Source of the DNA: a virus
Lineage: Duplodnaviria; Heunggongvirae; Uroviricota; Caudoviricetes
DNA: 64,000 bases
Strand: one strand, 5' to 3'
Virus record (IMG/VR): IMGVR_UViG_3300037424_001372
Span: 204,837 to 268,836 of that record
Shown here: positions 39,163-48,434 of the stretch, one piece after another
Layout of the letters: each line of letters opens with the position of its first letter
Position numbering within the stretch: the stretch's first letter is position 1
Position numbers and translations under genes: made by a program
The notes under the pieces: generated by a model
The model's database searches: none
Seen by the model: the letters and a program-made list of their open reading frames with translations, nothing else
Told to the model about the DNA's origin: nothing

Positions 39163-39620
39163 GGTTCTGTTTTAAATATGCTAGAAATAATATCCTTAAA
39201 TTCGTTTTCCTCACGATATGTTGCTCCCATACATATCAATCTTTCGGGTAATGCGAAACAAGCATCCACAAATTCATTATCGGAGCTACATTTTTCAAGT
39301 CTTCTTAATTCAGACCTTAACTCTTTTTGTAACTCAGGAAATTTATAATAAGGTAAATCATACTTCAATTCATCCTTAATGTATTTTCGTATATTTTTAA
39401 CGCTTGTTTTAGCATCAAAAACATAGTTTTCACGACACAATTTACCTGCAAAGTAGTCACAGTTAATCGTTTTTAAAAACTCTTCAATCTTTGACCCCAT
39501 TGCTCCCCACGAATAAGTAAATGCACCAACCCAAGGGTCTGAAATTGTTATTTTACCTTGACCTTCTTTTTCAAAGTCCTCAATAAAAATATCAGTTTCT
39601 TTAATTTTTAAGTTTTTCAT
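39102..39620 (-). CDS. hypothetical protein
   Basis: 172-aa ORF. Confidence 0.45.
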   Translation of the reverse strand: MKNLKIKETDIFIEDFEKEGQGKITISDPWVGAFTYSWGAMGSKIEEFLKTINCDYFAGKLCRENYVFDAKTSVKNIRKYIKDELKYDLPYYKFPELQKELRSELRRLEKCSSDNEFVDACFALPERLICMGATYREENEFKDIISSIFKTEPWGFIGQKPSQEYVWLKYLM

Positions 39621-39694
39621 TTTATTATTACTTTTCTGCCACTTGGTAATTTTACTTCTATATTTTCAATAAAAACTTCATTTATTTGTAAACG

Positions 39695-39937
39695 TTAGTG
39701 GCAAGCGTGAAAAAATTCACACGTCATACTAATATATTTATCACCACAGTCATCCAATAAAAAACCTTTTAGCTTATCAGACCATACACCTTTAAAAAAC
39801 TGGTTGTTTTGTGAATAGTGATATCTTTGACCATTCAAAGGTTTTTCTTCTTTAAATGAACGCCAACCACTAACAACAGGTATATTTAATGCCCGTGGTG
39901 TTTGTAGTTCATTCAAATTTTGTTCTTCTGTATTCAT
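39695..39937 (-). CDS. hypothetical protein
   Basis: 80-aa ORF. Confidence 0.4.
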   Translation of the reverse strand: MNTEEQNLNELQTPRALNIPVVSGWRSFKEEKPLNGQRYHYSQNNQFFKGVWSDKLKGFLLDDCGDKYISMTCEFFHACH

Positions 39938-39995
39938 TTTATTTTATTTTAAAAATTAGTAATTCTAATTCCCAAACTGGGCATATCTATAACCA

Positions 39996-40226
39996 TTAAC
40001 TGCAAGGCTCAAAATCATCGCATTCTTTAACTTGGTCTTCTGGTGGTTGTGGTTTAATAAACATTTTCTTTTTCTTGCAATATAGTTCTTTATAAGCAGG
40101 TTCATGTATTCCATCGCCACCAGTGTTTATCATTTCAGGCACTTTGCATGTATCACAAAGCCCAGCAGTTAACAACATATATAAAGCATTATCAACCATT
40201 CTAAATTCACTTTTATCTAAACTCAT
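39996..40226 (-). CDS. hypothetical Cys-containing protein
   Basis: 76-aa ORF. Confidence 0.4.
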   Translation of the reverse strand: MSLDKSEFRMVDNALYMLLTAGLCDTCKVPEMINTGGDGIHEPAYKELYCKKKKMFIKPQPPEDQVKECDDFEPCS

Positions 40227-40356
40227 ATCTTAATTAATGTTTCTGTTACAACACCTAACATGCAATATAAAACATAGACTTTCGTTGTCTTTTTTAGTTC
40301 ATACCAAATTTAATCTTTAGTTCATTCTATTTCGTATATGTTTCAAACATTTAACA

Positions 40357-40695
40357 TTAGACAAAATGTGGAGAATCAATCGGTTCAACATAAAACATTG
40401 TACCCCACATCATTTCACCAAACTTATTTGCCAGTTCTTCGGTTCTAAATACAGCCATTAAAGTATTTTCATTTGCTAAGTCAAAACCTACACTGTCTGG
40501 ATAAACAGCAAAAGCATTTTGCCTAACATTGTGTGTTGCAAATGCCTTTCGTGTTTTTTCGACCCATTGTTCAAAAGATTTTGCTTTTTCGTTATCAATA
40601 TTTTCAGGTTCTACCATGTGTCCAGCAGTTTCTTTATTTATAGAATCAAATAATTTGTCGGCAAAATTTTTCACGTCTTTGTCAGTATCTTTCAT
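40357..40695 (-). CDS. hypothetical protein
   Basis: 112-aa ORF. Confidence 0.45.
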   Translation of the reverse strand: MKDTDKDVKNFADKLFDSINKETAGHMVEPENIDNEKAKSFEQWVEKTRKAFATHNVRQNAFAVYPDSVGFDLANENTLMAVFRTEELANKFGEMMWGTMFYVEPIDSPHFV

Positions 40696-40742
40696 AATTT
40701 TAAATTATCATTATTCATAGTTCTGTGTAAGTTAAACAACAT

Positions 40743-41030
40743 TTAAAGAAAAGATAATGCTCTCTTTAAGCAATCTGGACAGATATTAACTGTTGTACTT
40801 TCATAACCTAATAGAATGGTTGTTTCGCAATCATTGCCACACTCACGGCAAATATTTCTAGTCCATTCTTTATTACCAATAATTTCAGCGATTTCATCCT
40901 CTGTTTTAGGTTTTTCAGCCCTTAATCTATTACCCTTTTCAATTTTATCTTTTTGGGATGTATTTCTATATTGAAAGTCCCATCTTTCAGATACATTTTG
41001 AATAAGATTTGATTTTGTAATGATAATCAT
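40743..41030 (-). CDS. zinc-ribbon protein
   Basis: CRECGNDC...CPDC motif. Confidence 0.4.
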   Translation of the reverse strand: MIIITKSNLIQNVSERWDFQYRNTSQKDKIEKGNRLRAEKPKTEDEIAEIIGNKEWTRNICRECGNDCETTILLGYESTTVNICPDCLKRALSFL

Positions 41031-41353
41031 ATGTTGTTATTTAAGAAATCGTACAATTCTGCAGCAGTAGACATTTTGATTTCTTTGTCATTTTGAGTTA
41101 CTTTTAACCGATAGTTTTCTTGACCGAAATTTAGCTCCCATAAAAAATACTCAATCCAACTTTGTGAATGGTGATCGTTCATTTCTACTTGTAAAACATG
41201 AATTAAAGCATCTTGTAAAAAATGATTTCGAGGCAACAAATTAGCTTCATATGCATCTGGAAAGACTTTCCCTAAATGCCCAGAAACCTCAATATCAAAT
41301 TCAATTTGTTTTTGGATTGCATCAATTGCTTCGATAAACAATTCTTTATTCAT
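41027..41353 (-). CDS. hypothetical protein
   Basis: 108-aa ORF. Confidence 0.45.
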   Translation of the reverse strand: MNKELFIEAIDAIQKQIEFDIEVSGHLGKVFPDAYEANLLPRNHFLQDALIHVLQVEMNDHHSQSWIEYFLWELNFGQENYRLKVTQNDKEIKMSTAAELYDFLNNNI

Positions 41354-41436
41354 GATATTTTAAGTTTAAGATTAATGAAAAATAATGACAAACACAATAT
41401 GATAAAATGTAAGAAATTTTGATAAAAAATTTAACC

Positions 41437-41673
41437 TTAAAAAGATCGATACCATAGCCCTTCTATGTAATTGTCGAGTGTAGTTTTCAGTATAACATAA
41501 TTATCCATAACTTCATAGTTATTAGATAATTCTTCGAGTTGTTCAATTATTTCTTGTTTACGCTCTCTAGCTGCTTGTTCCATTGCCAGTAAACAAATAA
41601 CATTCCATGATTGACAATTATCTTTCGCTGCTTGTTCGAGTACTTCTTTTAAAATTTCTTCAAATGTTCTCAT
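41437..41673 (-). CDS. hypothetical protein
   Basis: 78-aa ORF. Confidence 0.4.
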   Translation of the reverse strand: MRTFEEILKEVLEQAAKDNCQSWNVICLLAMEQAARERKQEIIEQLEELSNNYEVMDNYVILKTTLDNYIEGLWYRSF

Positions 41674-41710
41674 ATTGTTTTTATTTTATACCTAATGATA
41701 AGCAGTCGAT

Positions 41711-42196
41711 TTAAATTGAATTATTTCTTAAATAATCTCTAACTTCCATCAATACTTTCCCCAATAGATTCTGGCCACGCCATTTAGTTTCATCATAAAT
41801 TTCAGGACTATTTTCCTCCAACCCAATACCCCAAATATTGTCATTAGGATTTACTTCAACAAGTATCTTATCTCCTGTCGATAATAATTTAGTTTTTAAA
41901 TCTTCGTTTTGCGTATATTTACAAAGATTTGCTTGAAACATCGCTTGGCATCTAACTTTAGACCATTCCTCGTCATTATAGTTTTTAACTTGTCTTCCCA
42001 ATGCTTTTGCTTCATAAGGAACAGGTGTATTTAATATTTTATTAGCAATTTCGATATCTTCGAAAAATAATGCTTTATGATATATAAACATTTGTTCAGT
42101 ATTTTTGAAAACATTATCATTTGAAAAAATTTCACAATGTTTAAAATTGCTCAGCCATTCTTTTAAAAAGAATATATGCGTGTTTGTTTCTTTCAT
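41711..42196 (-). CDS. NADAR-family protein (YbiA-like N-glycosidase / ADP-ribosyl-DNA hydrolase family)
   Basis: C-terminal NIWGIGLEE...WRGQNLLGKVLMEVRDYL matches the NADAR signature (WG.G...G.N.LG..LM.VR..L). Confidence 0.65.
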   Translation of the reverse strand: MKETNTHIFFLKEWLSNFKHCEIFSNDNVFKNTEQMFIYHKALFFEDIEIANKILNTPVPYEAKALGRQVKNYNDEEWSKVRCQAMFQANLCKYTQNEDLKTKLLSTGDKILVEVNPNDNIWGIGLEENSPEIYDETKWRGQNLLGKVLMEVRDYLRNNSI

Positions 42197-42273
42197 TTTA
42201 ATCTAATTAATATCCAATATTTATTGTAAATACGATGTAAATATGTGTGAAAATAAAAAAATGATGAATAAAA

Positions 42274-43749
42274 TTATGAATCAATTTTAGTGGTTAAAAT
42301 AATTGCAGTATTTGATGGACGACTTAATGCCACATAGCGTAATTTATTTCTTTCAACAATATCTTGATTTAAATTAATATCAATTTCATTAATCACAACA
42401 TTTTGATATGTTGAACCTTGAGCTTTGTGTATTGTGATAAAATAACCATAATCAATGTCTTTTTTTATCACATCATAATTATTTCTATATTGACCATTAA
42501 TATATTTATCGATATCTTTCATTAAAATATTACTTCGTCTAAATTCATAATATCTTTTCCAAAGTTTTTTATTTGATTTTGCTTGGTCTCTTAAAAAATC
42601 ATGCATTTGACCAAATAAATGTAAATTATTATGATTATTAACATCAACAATAAATATGTCTTGAAATTTAAACTGTTTATTATCAATCTCTTCTCTGATT
42701 TTAACTTCAAATCCTTGAATTCCGTATGAATTTTCAATTAGACTTGATTTTTCAACAACAATGTAATCAGCAGAATTTTGAATAATTATTATATTTTGTT
42801 TATCATTTAAGATTGTTCGATATCCTGTGATTAAATCATTTTTTTCAATTATATCCACATCACAACCAAATAATTCATCTCTAATTATTTTATTTGATAT
42901 CATTACTGTATTATTTTTCCAAGCCAACCCTTTCACATAATCAAAATCTTTCTTAAATTCCTCTGATTTAAATTTTTCTAAAACTAATTTTCTAAATTCT
43001 TTTTTATTTATTGTAAATATTACACCATCACCATTATCATTTATATTAGTTTTTCTTTCAAAATTACCACTAATATCTGTCAAACTATTTCTTAAATTAT
43101 CATATAAAAATAATAATGGATTATCATCTTTCTGTCTTTCAACCTTACTTAAATGATATTTTTCAATATCTTCTGAAATAAAAACTGGTGAAATTGTTTG
43201 ATTTATTGGAGGTAATTGTGCTCTATCACCCATAAACAATACTTTTGTCTTAGTTTTTTTTAGTTGTTCAATAATTAAATTAAATAATTCTGAATTTATC
43301 ATAGAACATTCATCAATAATACAAAGAGAATAGTCACCTATCCTTGGCAATGCTATTGGCGCAAATGAGGGGTCATTAGGGTTGTATGATGAAATTTCTA
43401 AATCAGGACGTAGCCCAAGCAACGAATGTAAAGTTTGACTCTGTTTTCTTGTGAATTTATAAATAATTTTACATGCTTTATGAGTAGGCGCACTCACACA
43501 AATTCCAAAACGATATTCATCAACAATTTTTTTAATACAAGTACTTTTACCAACACCCGCAAAACCAGACAACGTAAAAAACTTAGAGTTTTTATTTTTC
43601 AACCACGCTCTTATTTTATTAATTCCCTCATATTGTTCATCATTTAAGGTAATAATCTTACCATTAGATAAAATCATTTGATTATCATCAACCTTAATAT
43701 CGTTTTTAAATTTATGTGAAGGACCTAATTCAGAATCTAAATTAAACAT
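42274..43749 (-). CDS. SF1B DNA helicase, Dda/RecD-like
   Basis: Walker A GFAGVGKST. C-terminal TIHKAQGSTYQNVVI and YVALSRPSNTAII motifs. Confidence 0.8.
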   Translation of the reverse strand: MFNLDSELGPSHKFKNDIKVDDNQMILSNGKIITLNDEQYEGINKIRAWLKNKNSKFFTLSGFAGVGKSTCIKKIVDEYRFGICVSAPTHKACKIIYKFTRKQSQTLHSLLGLRPDLEISSYNPNDPSFAPIALPRIGDYSLCIIDECSMINSELFNLIIEQLKKTKTKVLFMGDRAQLPPINQTISPVFISEDIEKYHLSKVERQKDDNPLLFLYDNLRNSLTDISGNFERKTNINDNGDGVIFTINKKEFRKLVLEKFKSEEFKKDFDYVKGLAWKNNTVMISNKIIRDELFGCDVDIIEKNDLITGYRTILNDKQNIIIIQNSADYIVVEKSSLIENSYGIQGFEVKIREEIDNKQFKFQDIFIVDVNNHNNLHLFGQMHDFLRDQAKSNKKLWKRYYEFRRSNILMKDIDKYINGQYRNNYDVIKKDIDYGYFITIHKAQGSTYQNVVINEIDINLNQDIVERNKLRYVALSRPSNTAIILTTKIDS

Positions 43750-43808
43750 ATTTTAACTATTTATTTTCTTCAGAATTTAATATAATTGATTTTCTATTAT
43801 CATTTATA

Positions 43809-44153
43809 TTAAATTAATGACGATCTAATTATTTCAATTAATTGTTTTAATTGGTTTAAGTCATTAAATTTCACTTCTTCTCTTTCAAAAAATTCAACAG
43901 TATATCCCTCACCATTTTTTCTTTCATCATTGGAGTTTGAAATTAATAAACATTTTCCACCGACAACAAAAGAATAATAATGGAATCCATTTTCTTCAGG
44001 TTCAATTGAAGCATGTTCAATTTCCTTTTTAAAACCCAATTTAATTAAATCGTTGCCTTTAATTTGATTATTTTTCATATCTTTGTCAATAAAATCAATA
44101 ATATATTGAGTGACGGTAGTATGATTTATTTCAGCAACAGTATCTAAAAACAC
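43809..44153 (-). CDS. hypothetical protein (annotated N-terminus derives from IS right-end sequence; the true start is probably an internal ATG)
   Basis: The GTG start and codons LDTV are encoded by the conserved GTATCTAAAAACACAG IS-end block. Confidence 0.35.
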   Translation of the reverse strand: MFLDTVAEINHTTVTQYIIDFIDKDMKNNQIKGNDLIKLGFKKEIEHASIEPEENGFHYYSFVVGGKCLLISNSNDERKNGEGYTVEFFEREEVKFNDLNQLKQLIEIIRSSLI

Positions 44154-44168
44154 AGAAAATCCATGAAA

Positions 44169-45437
44169 TTAGTTTACGATTTTAATAATCGATGGGATTA
44201 CTGATAATCCCTCTATCCCATCTGTGAAAACATTTGGGACTGCTTTTCTTAATATATTATAACTTCCGTTCACATCGGCATTAATTACCTTATCTTCTCC
44301 CTTAATCTTATATAATCCCCTACATTTACGGTAGTCAGAGAACGAAGGTTCTTCGTTTATCTTTCCGTAAATAGGGATGTTATCCATATTAAGAAATGAT
44401 GCTTTAGAGGTATAACTTTCCTCCTGAAGTATAATATTTATTCCAGCTTTTTCGCATTTATAAACAAGCATGTTTATAAATCTACTATGTGGAATGTTAA
44501 CGAAGTTCTGATTTGAGTTTTTACTCATATCTGTGGATTGTTTCCAACCATCGTTCTTACCGATTATCATGGTGTTTGTTTGTCTTTCTTTTGCAATATC
44601 TATAACCAACTTACTTGCTTTATGCAAATAATCATCAACCTTGCGGTTGCGTTTATTCGTCATTCTGCGAGTTCGATTGCTATGTTTCTCTTTATTTCTT
44701 TTTTCTAATATAGAATTATAATGTGCAATTTTTTTATTATAAAACTGATTCATGGATTTTAATGGTCTACCATTAATAATCATAGATTTAATTTCATTAA
44801 CATTGCTAGTTATTGTTGCTAAATTATTCACGCCTAAATCTAAACTCAAATAACGATTATTGTTTTGTAATTTAGATACGTCAGGTATTTGATAAACAAT
44901 CTCTATAACATAGTGATCTAATCGTGGAACGATTCTGACAATAAGTATATTTTCTTTTTTAGTTGTTAATTGTATATTAGTTTTAGATAATGCTAAAATA
45001 CCTTTTTTAAGAAATTTTTTAGAAATGGCACCTTTTTCATAAATGACAATGAATCTACCATCTTTTTTATCTAAATAAGAAGGTAATTTAGGAATGCCTT
45101 TATATTTAGCCGGATTTTTCTTATAATCTCTAATAGAAGCGAAAAACGATTTCCAATTTCTATCCAAAACCATTAAGGTTTGGTTTGAAACCTTAAGTGG
45201 AAGTTGATACATATCGAATTGTTTATCATCTACAAGAAGCCTATTAATATCATTATAATTAAGATAATTAGCAAAGGAACGAGTTCCTTCTTGTTTTTCT
45301 TTTGATGTTTGAATAAATTCTTGTCTAATAATATGATTGGCGTAATTATATAGATTTTTAGATTTAAAACACACGCTATCACATTCAGCGTACAATGCTG
45401 AATTTTTATTGATGATATGTTTTTCTACTAATCTCAT
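44169..45437 (-). CDS. tnpB: TnpB/OrfB RuvC-like nuclease, A-type copy 2
   Basis: 422 aa, homologous to 160..1377, with ADVNGSYNILRKA tail and no Zn-ribbon cysteines. Confidence 0.85.
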   Translation of the reverse strand: MRLVEKHIINKNSALYAECDSVCFKSKNLYNYANHIIRQEFIQTSKEKQEGTRSFANYLNYNDINRLLVDDKQFDMYQLPLKVSNQTLMVLDRNWKSFFASIRDYKKNPAKYKGIPKLPSYLDKKDGRFIVIYEKGAISKKFLKKGILALSKTNIQLTTKKENILIVRIVPRLDHYVIEIVYQIPDVSKLQNNNRYLSLDLGVNNLATITSNVNEIKSMIINGRPLKSMNQFYNKKIAHYNSILEKRNKEKHSNRTRRMTNKRNRKVDDYLHKASKLVIDIAKERQTNTMIIGKNDGWKQSTDMSKNSNQNFVNIPHSRFINMLVYKCEKAGINIILQEESYTSKASFLNMDNIPIYGKINEEPSFSDYRKCRGLYKIKGEDKVINADVNGSYNILRKAVPNVFTDGIEGLSVIPSIIKIVN

Positions 45438-45439
45438 AT

Positions 45440-46006
45440 TTATTTTTCTAAAAATTTAATTATTTCTTCTTTGTTTTTCTTTTTTCTTAAACCATACATT
45501 CTTGCAGAAAATGAATATATGATAGAAATTAAATCTTGCATTAAATCGGTCTTATCATCATCAACTCTATTGACTACTAAAATTTTTTTATTATTTAAAG
45601 TAAGTAGTTTTTCAATATAATTAAACCCGAAACGGGTTAGTCTGTCTTTATTTTCAACGATTAACGCATCCCAATCATTTTGTTGTAAAAGTTTAATAAG
45701 TTTAGGTCTATGGTCGTTAAGACCGGAACCGATTTCTTTAATGTTGTAAATAATATCATAACCATTATTAATACAATAATTAACCATTCTTTCTGATTGT
45801 CTATCTAAGTTATCTTTTCTATCGGAATTAGATACTCTGGAATAAATAGCTGCTTTTTTACCATTATCAAATTCTGGGACTTTAATACAAACATGTCCAG
45901 TTTTATCAATAAAACAATTATCTATTTTTCCTGCCTTATATCTATTCCACGCTGTTCTATATGTGACATTAAATTTTTTAGCGTAGTCTGATAATTTATA
46001 ATACAT
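45440..46006 (-). CDS. tnpA: IS607-family serine recombinase TnpA (MerR-like HTH plus resolvase domain)
   Basis: YSRVSNSDRKDNLDRQ catalytic core with N-terminal HTH. Stop lies 2 nt before the tnpB start. Confidence 0.85.
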   Translation of the reverse strand: MYYKLSDYAKKFNVTYRTAWNRYKAGKIDNCFIDKTGHVCIKVPEFDNGKKAAIYSRVSNSDRKDNLDRQSERMVNYCINNGYDIIYNIKEIGSGLNDHRPKLIKLLQQNDWDALIVENKDRLTRFGFNYIEKLLTLNNKKILVVNRVDDDKTDLMQDLISIIYSFSARMYGLRKKKNKEEIIKFLEK

Positions 46007-46106
46007 TATTTTTATTATTTTAATATAAATAGTTTTTATTTTAAAAAAAGATGTGAAAATTTTAAATTATTTTACTATAATTTACTATTTTTAATACAGT
46101 GTGTAA

Positions 46107-46262
46107 TTAACATAAGTCCATTTCATGTGAGTCAAATCCCCAAGAAATGTTAGGGACTATAATGTTTTGCCTTATGCCGAAATGTTTAGCAATAACCACT
46201 TCAATTTCTGCTGTGGTGATTGGTTTTGGTTTATTTCTATTTCTATTTCCCTTAATGCCCAT
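46107..46262 (-). pseudogene. PD-(D/E)xK nuclease-like gene fragment truncated by insertion of IS A2
   Basis: MGIKGNRNRNKPKPITTAEIEVVIAKHFGIRQNIIVPNISWGFDSHEMD then runs straight into the IS left end. Confidence 0.4.
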
Positions 46263-46527
46263 TTAAACAACCGTTTTTTGGTAAATCAACTACTTGTAAT
46301 TGACTAACAACAACCTTAGTATTTTGTTTGAGAAGTTCCTTTCTTACAACAAATTCTGAATTGAATTTTTCTCTGAAATTTTTTTCACTACCATAATCAT
46401 GAACATCATTTTCCAATTTCATCTCAACTTCAAAACCATTTTCAATAAAAAATCTTTCGAGCAATAATGCCATCGTTGATTTTCCGCTCGCAGTTTCACC
46501 TGCAACAATAATTTGTAGATTTTTCAT
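46252..46527 (-). CDS. small P-loop NTPase/kinase-like protein
   Basis: Walker A GETASGKST. Only 91 aa. Confidence 0.45.
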   Translation of the reverse strand: MKNLQIIVAGETASGKSTMALLLERFFIENGFEVEMKLENDVHDYGSEKNFREKFNSEFVVRKELLKQNTKVVVSQLQVVDLPKNGCLNGH

Positions 46528-46541
46528 ATTATTTTTTATAA

Positions 46542-47126
46542 TTACTTATCAAATATTGATTTAAATATTTTGCGTAAATTATCCAAAGTAATTACCTCTT
46601 TAGTATCTTCATGCAAAACATTGGTATATTTTTTAAATAAAATGTATACTGATTCAGCATAACAATCATCAAACACTTGAATCGATGCATATTTCCAATC
46701 ACGATTTTTATTTGCTTGTGGGTCACTGATAATATCTGCAAGATAATTTAAAGTTACTTTAAGTATATCGGTAATATTAAAATTCTTTGTTTTAAATTTT
46801 TTCCATTCATTTCCGCATTTATTACAATGATTAACTTCCAAAGTATCAATATTCAACGTTGTTTTAATTGTTCCAAATCCCAAATAAAACGTTTCATTGA
46901 CCTTCATATTACCTTGAACTTGTCTAACCTTATCTACGATATTTATTTTACCTGTGTTACATTTAGGGCAATAATTATTATGAGATAATTGATTTTCCTT
47001 TTGTTCTTCAGACTCAATATCAGCTATTTTACCACATCTTTCAACAATAATTTTAACATCGCCAATAAGTTTCTGCTTTTGAATATCGGTAGGTATGTAC
47101 AATAATTTGCGAAAATTCAAATTCAT
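46542..47126 (-). CDS. zinc-finger protein
   Basis: YCPKCNTGK and HCNKCGNEW motifs. Confidence 0.4.
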   Translation of the reverse strand: MNLNFRKLLYIPTDIQKQKLIGDVKIIVERCGKIADIESEEQKENQLSHNNYCPKCNTGKINIVDKVRQVQGNMKVNETFYLGFGTIKTTLNIDTLEVNHCNKCGNEWKKFKTKNFNITDILKVTLNYLADIISDPQANKNRDWKYASIQVFDDCYAESVYILFKKYTNVLHEDTKEVITLDNLRKIFKSIFDK

Positions 47127-47701
47127 TATGCTAATTTTTTATCCATTATCAATTGACGAAGAAATACATTCTTAACTCCACCAATCAATCTTACCCATTC
47201 CTTATAATAATCCGGGAATATTTCTTGTTGTTTTTCAAAACTTTGACTTCTCAACATCAATTCGTTTTCACTTGACATTTCAAGTAATGCTTCTGGTGAC
47301 ATTTTACTCAAAATAAAATCATAAAAATGTGGATATTTTTTATAATTGAAAACCCTTTCATCAACAATAAAACACAATGCAGTTAATGCATCATTTAAAT
47401 CGGGTTCAAAAAAGAAAGAAAATTCAACATCATTTTCTTGAAGTTCATCACCAATTTTATTTAGACTTCCAAAAGGAATTGATTCTAAATCTCTATTACT
47501 ATTAGTTGTTCCACCATTAAGTACAATCCAAGTTTTCCAATTATTAACAAAATCTTGAAATAGTTCAGTGTTACCATATTTATTAGCATACTCAAGAGCA
47601 GCATGTCCACATTGAATACCTTTAGAAATTCCCTGAAGTGAAGATATTACAAAAAAATACATTCTCAATTCCAATTCTTCGTTTTGTTCTATGTTCATCA
47701 T
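47126..47701 (-). CDS. peptidyl-tRNA hydrolase PTH2-like domain protein
   Basis: ISKGIQCGHAALEY resembles the PTH2 GKGK(I/V)AAQC(S/G)HAA motif. Extra C-terminal domain of about 70 aa. Confidence 0.45.
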   Translation of the reverse strand: MMNIEQNEELELRMYFFVISSLQGISKGIQCGHAALEYANKYGNTELFQDFVNNWKTWIVLNGGTTNSNRDLESIPFGSLNKIGDELQENDVEFSFFFEPDLNDALTALCFIVDERVFNYKKYPHFYDFILSKMSPEALLEMSSENELMLRSQSFEKQQEIFPDYYKEWVRLIGGVKNVFLRQLIMDKKLA

Positions 47702-47913
47702 AATTAATTTTCAATTTTACAAATATATGAATTTTGAAATTAAAATCAATATATTATTTATAAATTATTAGTTGAATATTTCATTAAGCTATTAACTACA
47801 TTAGAATTATTAATAATTGTCATTGCTTCAGTTGCTAATGTTAGTTCAGCAATTCTCTATTTAATTTCCTCAGTTTCTTCTAATGATTGAAGATATATTA
47901 ATCTTTTGTTCTA

Positions 47914-48432
47914 TCATATAGTTCGTTCATATGTAGTATGTTTGTAATTCAAACCTTGTGAACTTTTAATCCAAGAACAATCATCAATAATTTGAAAATC
48001 ATGAAATAACTTATCAATCGGGAAGAATTTATCACCCTCTTTAATTAAAATATCAACCCATGAAATAATTGCTTCATTACAATGATCAATTAATTGTTCA
48101 TAAATTTGAGAACCCCCTGCAATATAAATTGTTTTACCATTAAAATCTTCATTAGAATCGAAGTATTCTAACAACTCATTTACTGATGTAAATTGATTTG
48201 GGTAATATTTATCAGAATTAAGATTTCGAGATAACACATAGTATTCACGATTCTTTTTAGCTACTTCTGGTAATAAATCATATGTTTTAGAACTAATTAT
48301 AATGTGATTACCAGTAGTAACACTCTTATAATGATTTAAATCTTCTGGAATATACCAAGGAATATTATTACCTACTCCAATAATACCATCCAAACTTACT
48401 GCTGCGATTATTGATAACTTATACTTTCTCAT
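47914..48432 (-). CDS. dihydrofolate reductase
   Basis: IAAVSLDGIIGVGNNIPW, SSKTYDLLP and YIAGGSQIYEQL match DHFR motifs. Confidence 0.85.
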   Translation of the reverse strand: MRKYKLSIIAAVSLDGIIGVGNNIPWYIPEDLNHYKSVTTGNHIIISSKTYDLLPEVAKKNREYYVLSRNLNSDKYYPNQFTSVNELLEYFDSNEDFNGKTIYIAGGSQIYEQLIDHCNEAIISWVDILIKEGDKFFPIDKLFHDFQIIDDCSWIKSSQGLNYKHTTYERTI

Positions 48433-48434
48433 TA

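Larger units (their letters stand above)
44129..46120 (-). mobile_element. IS607-family element A2 (tnpA-tnpB), about 2.0 kb
   Basis: Ends defined by comparison with the mini-element at 37114..37345 and the remnant at 49529..49590. Confidence 0.7.
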
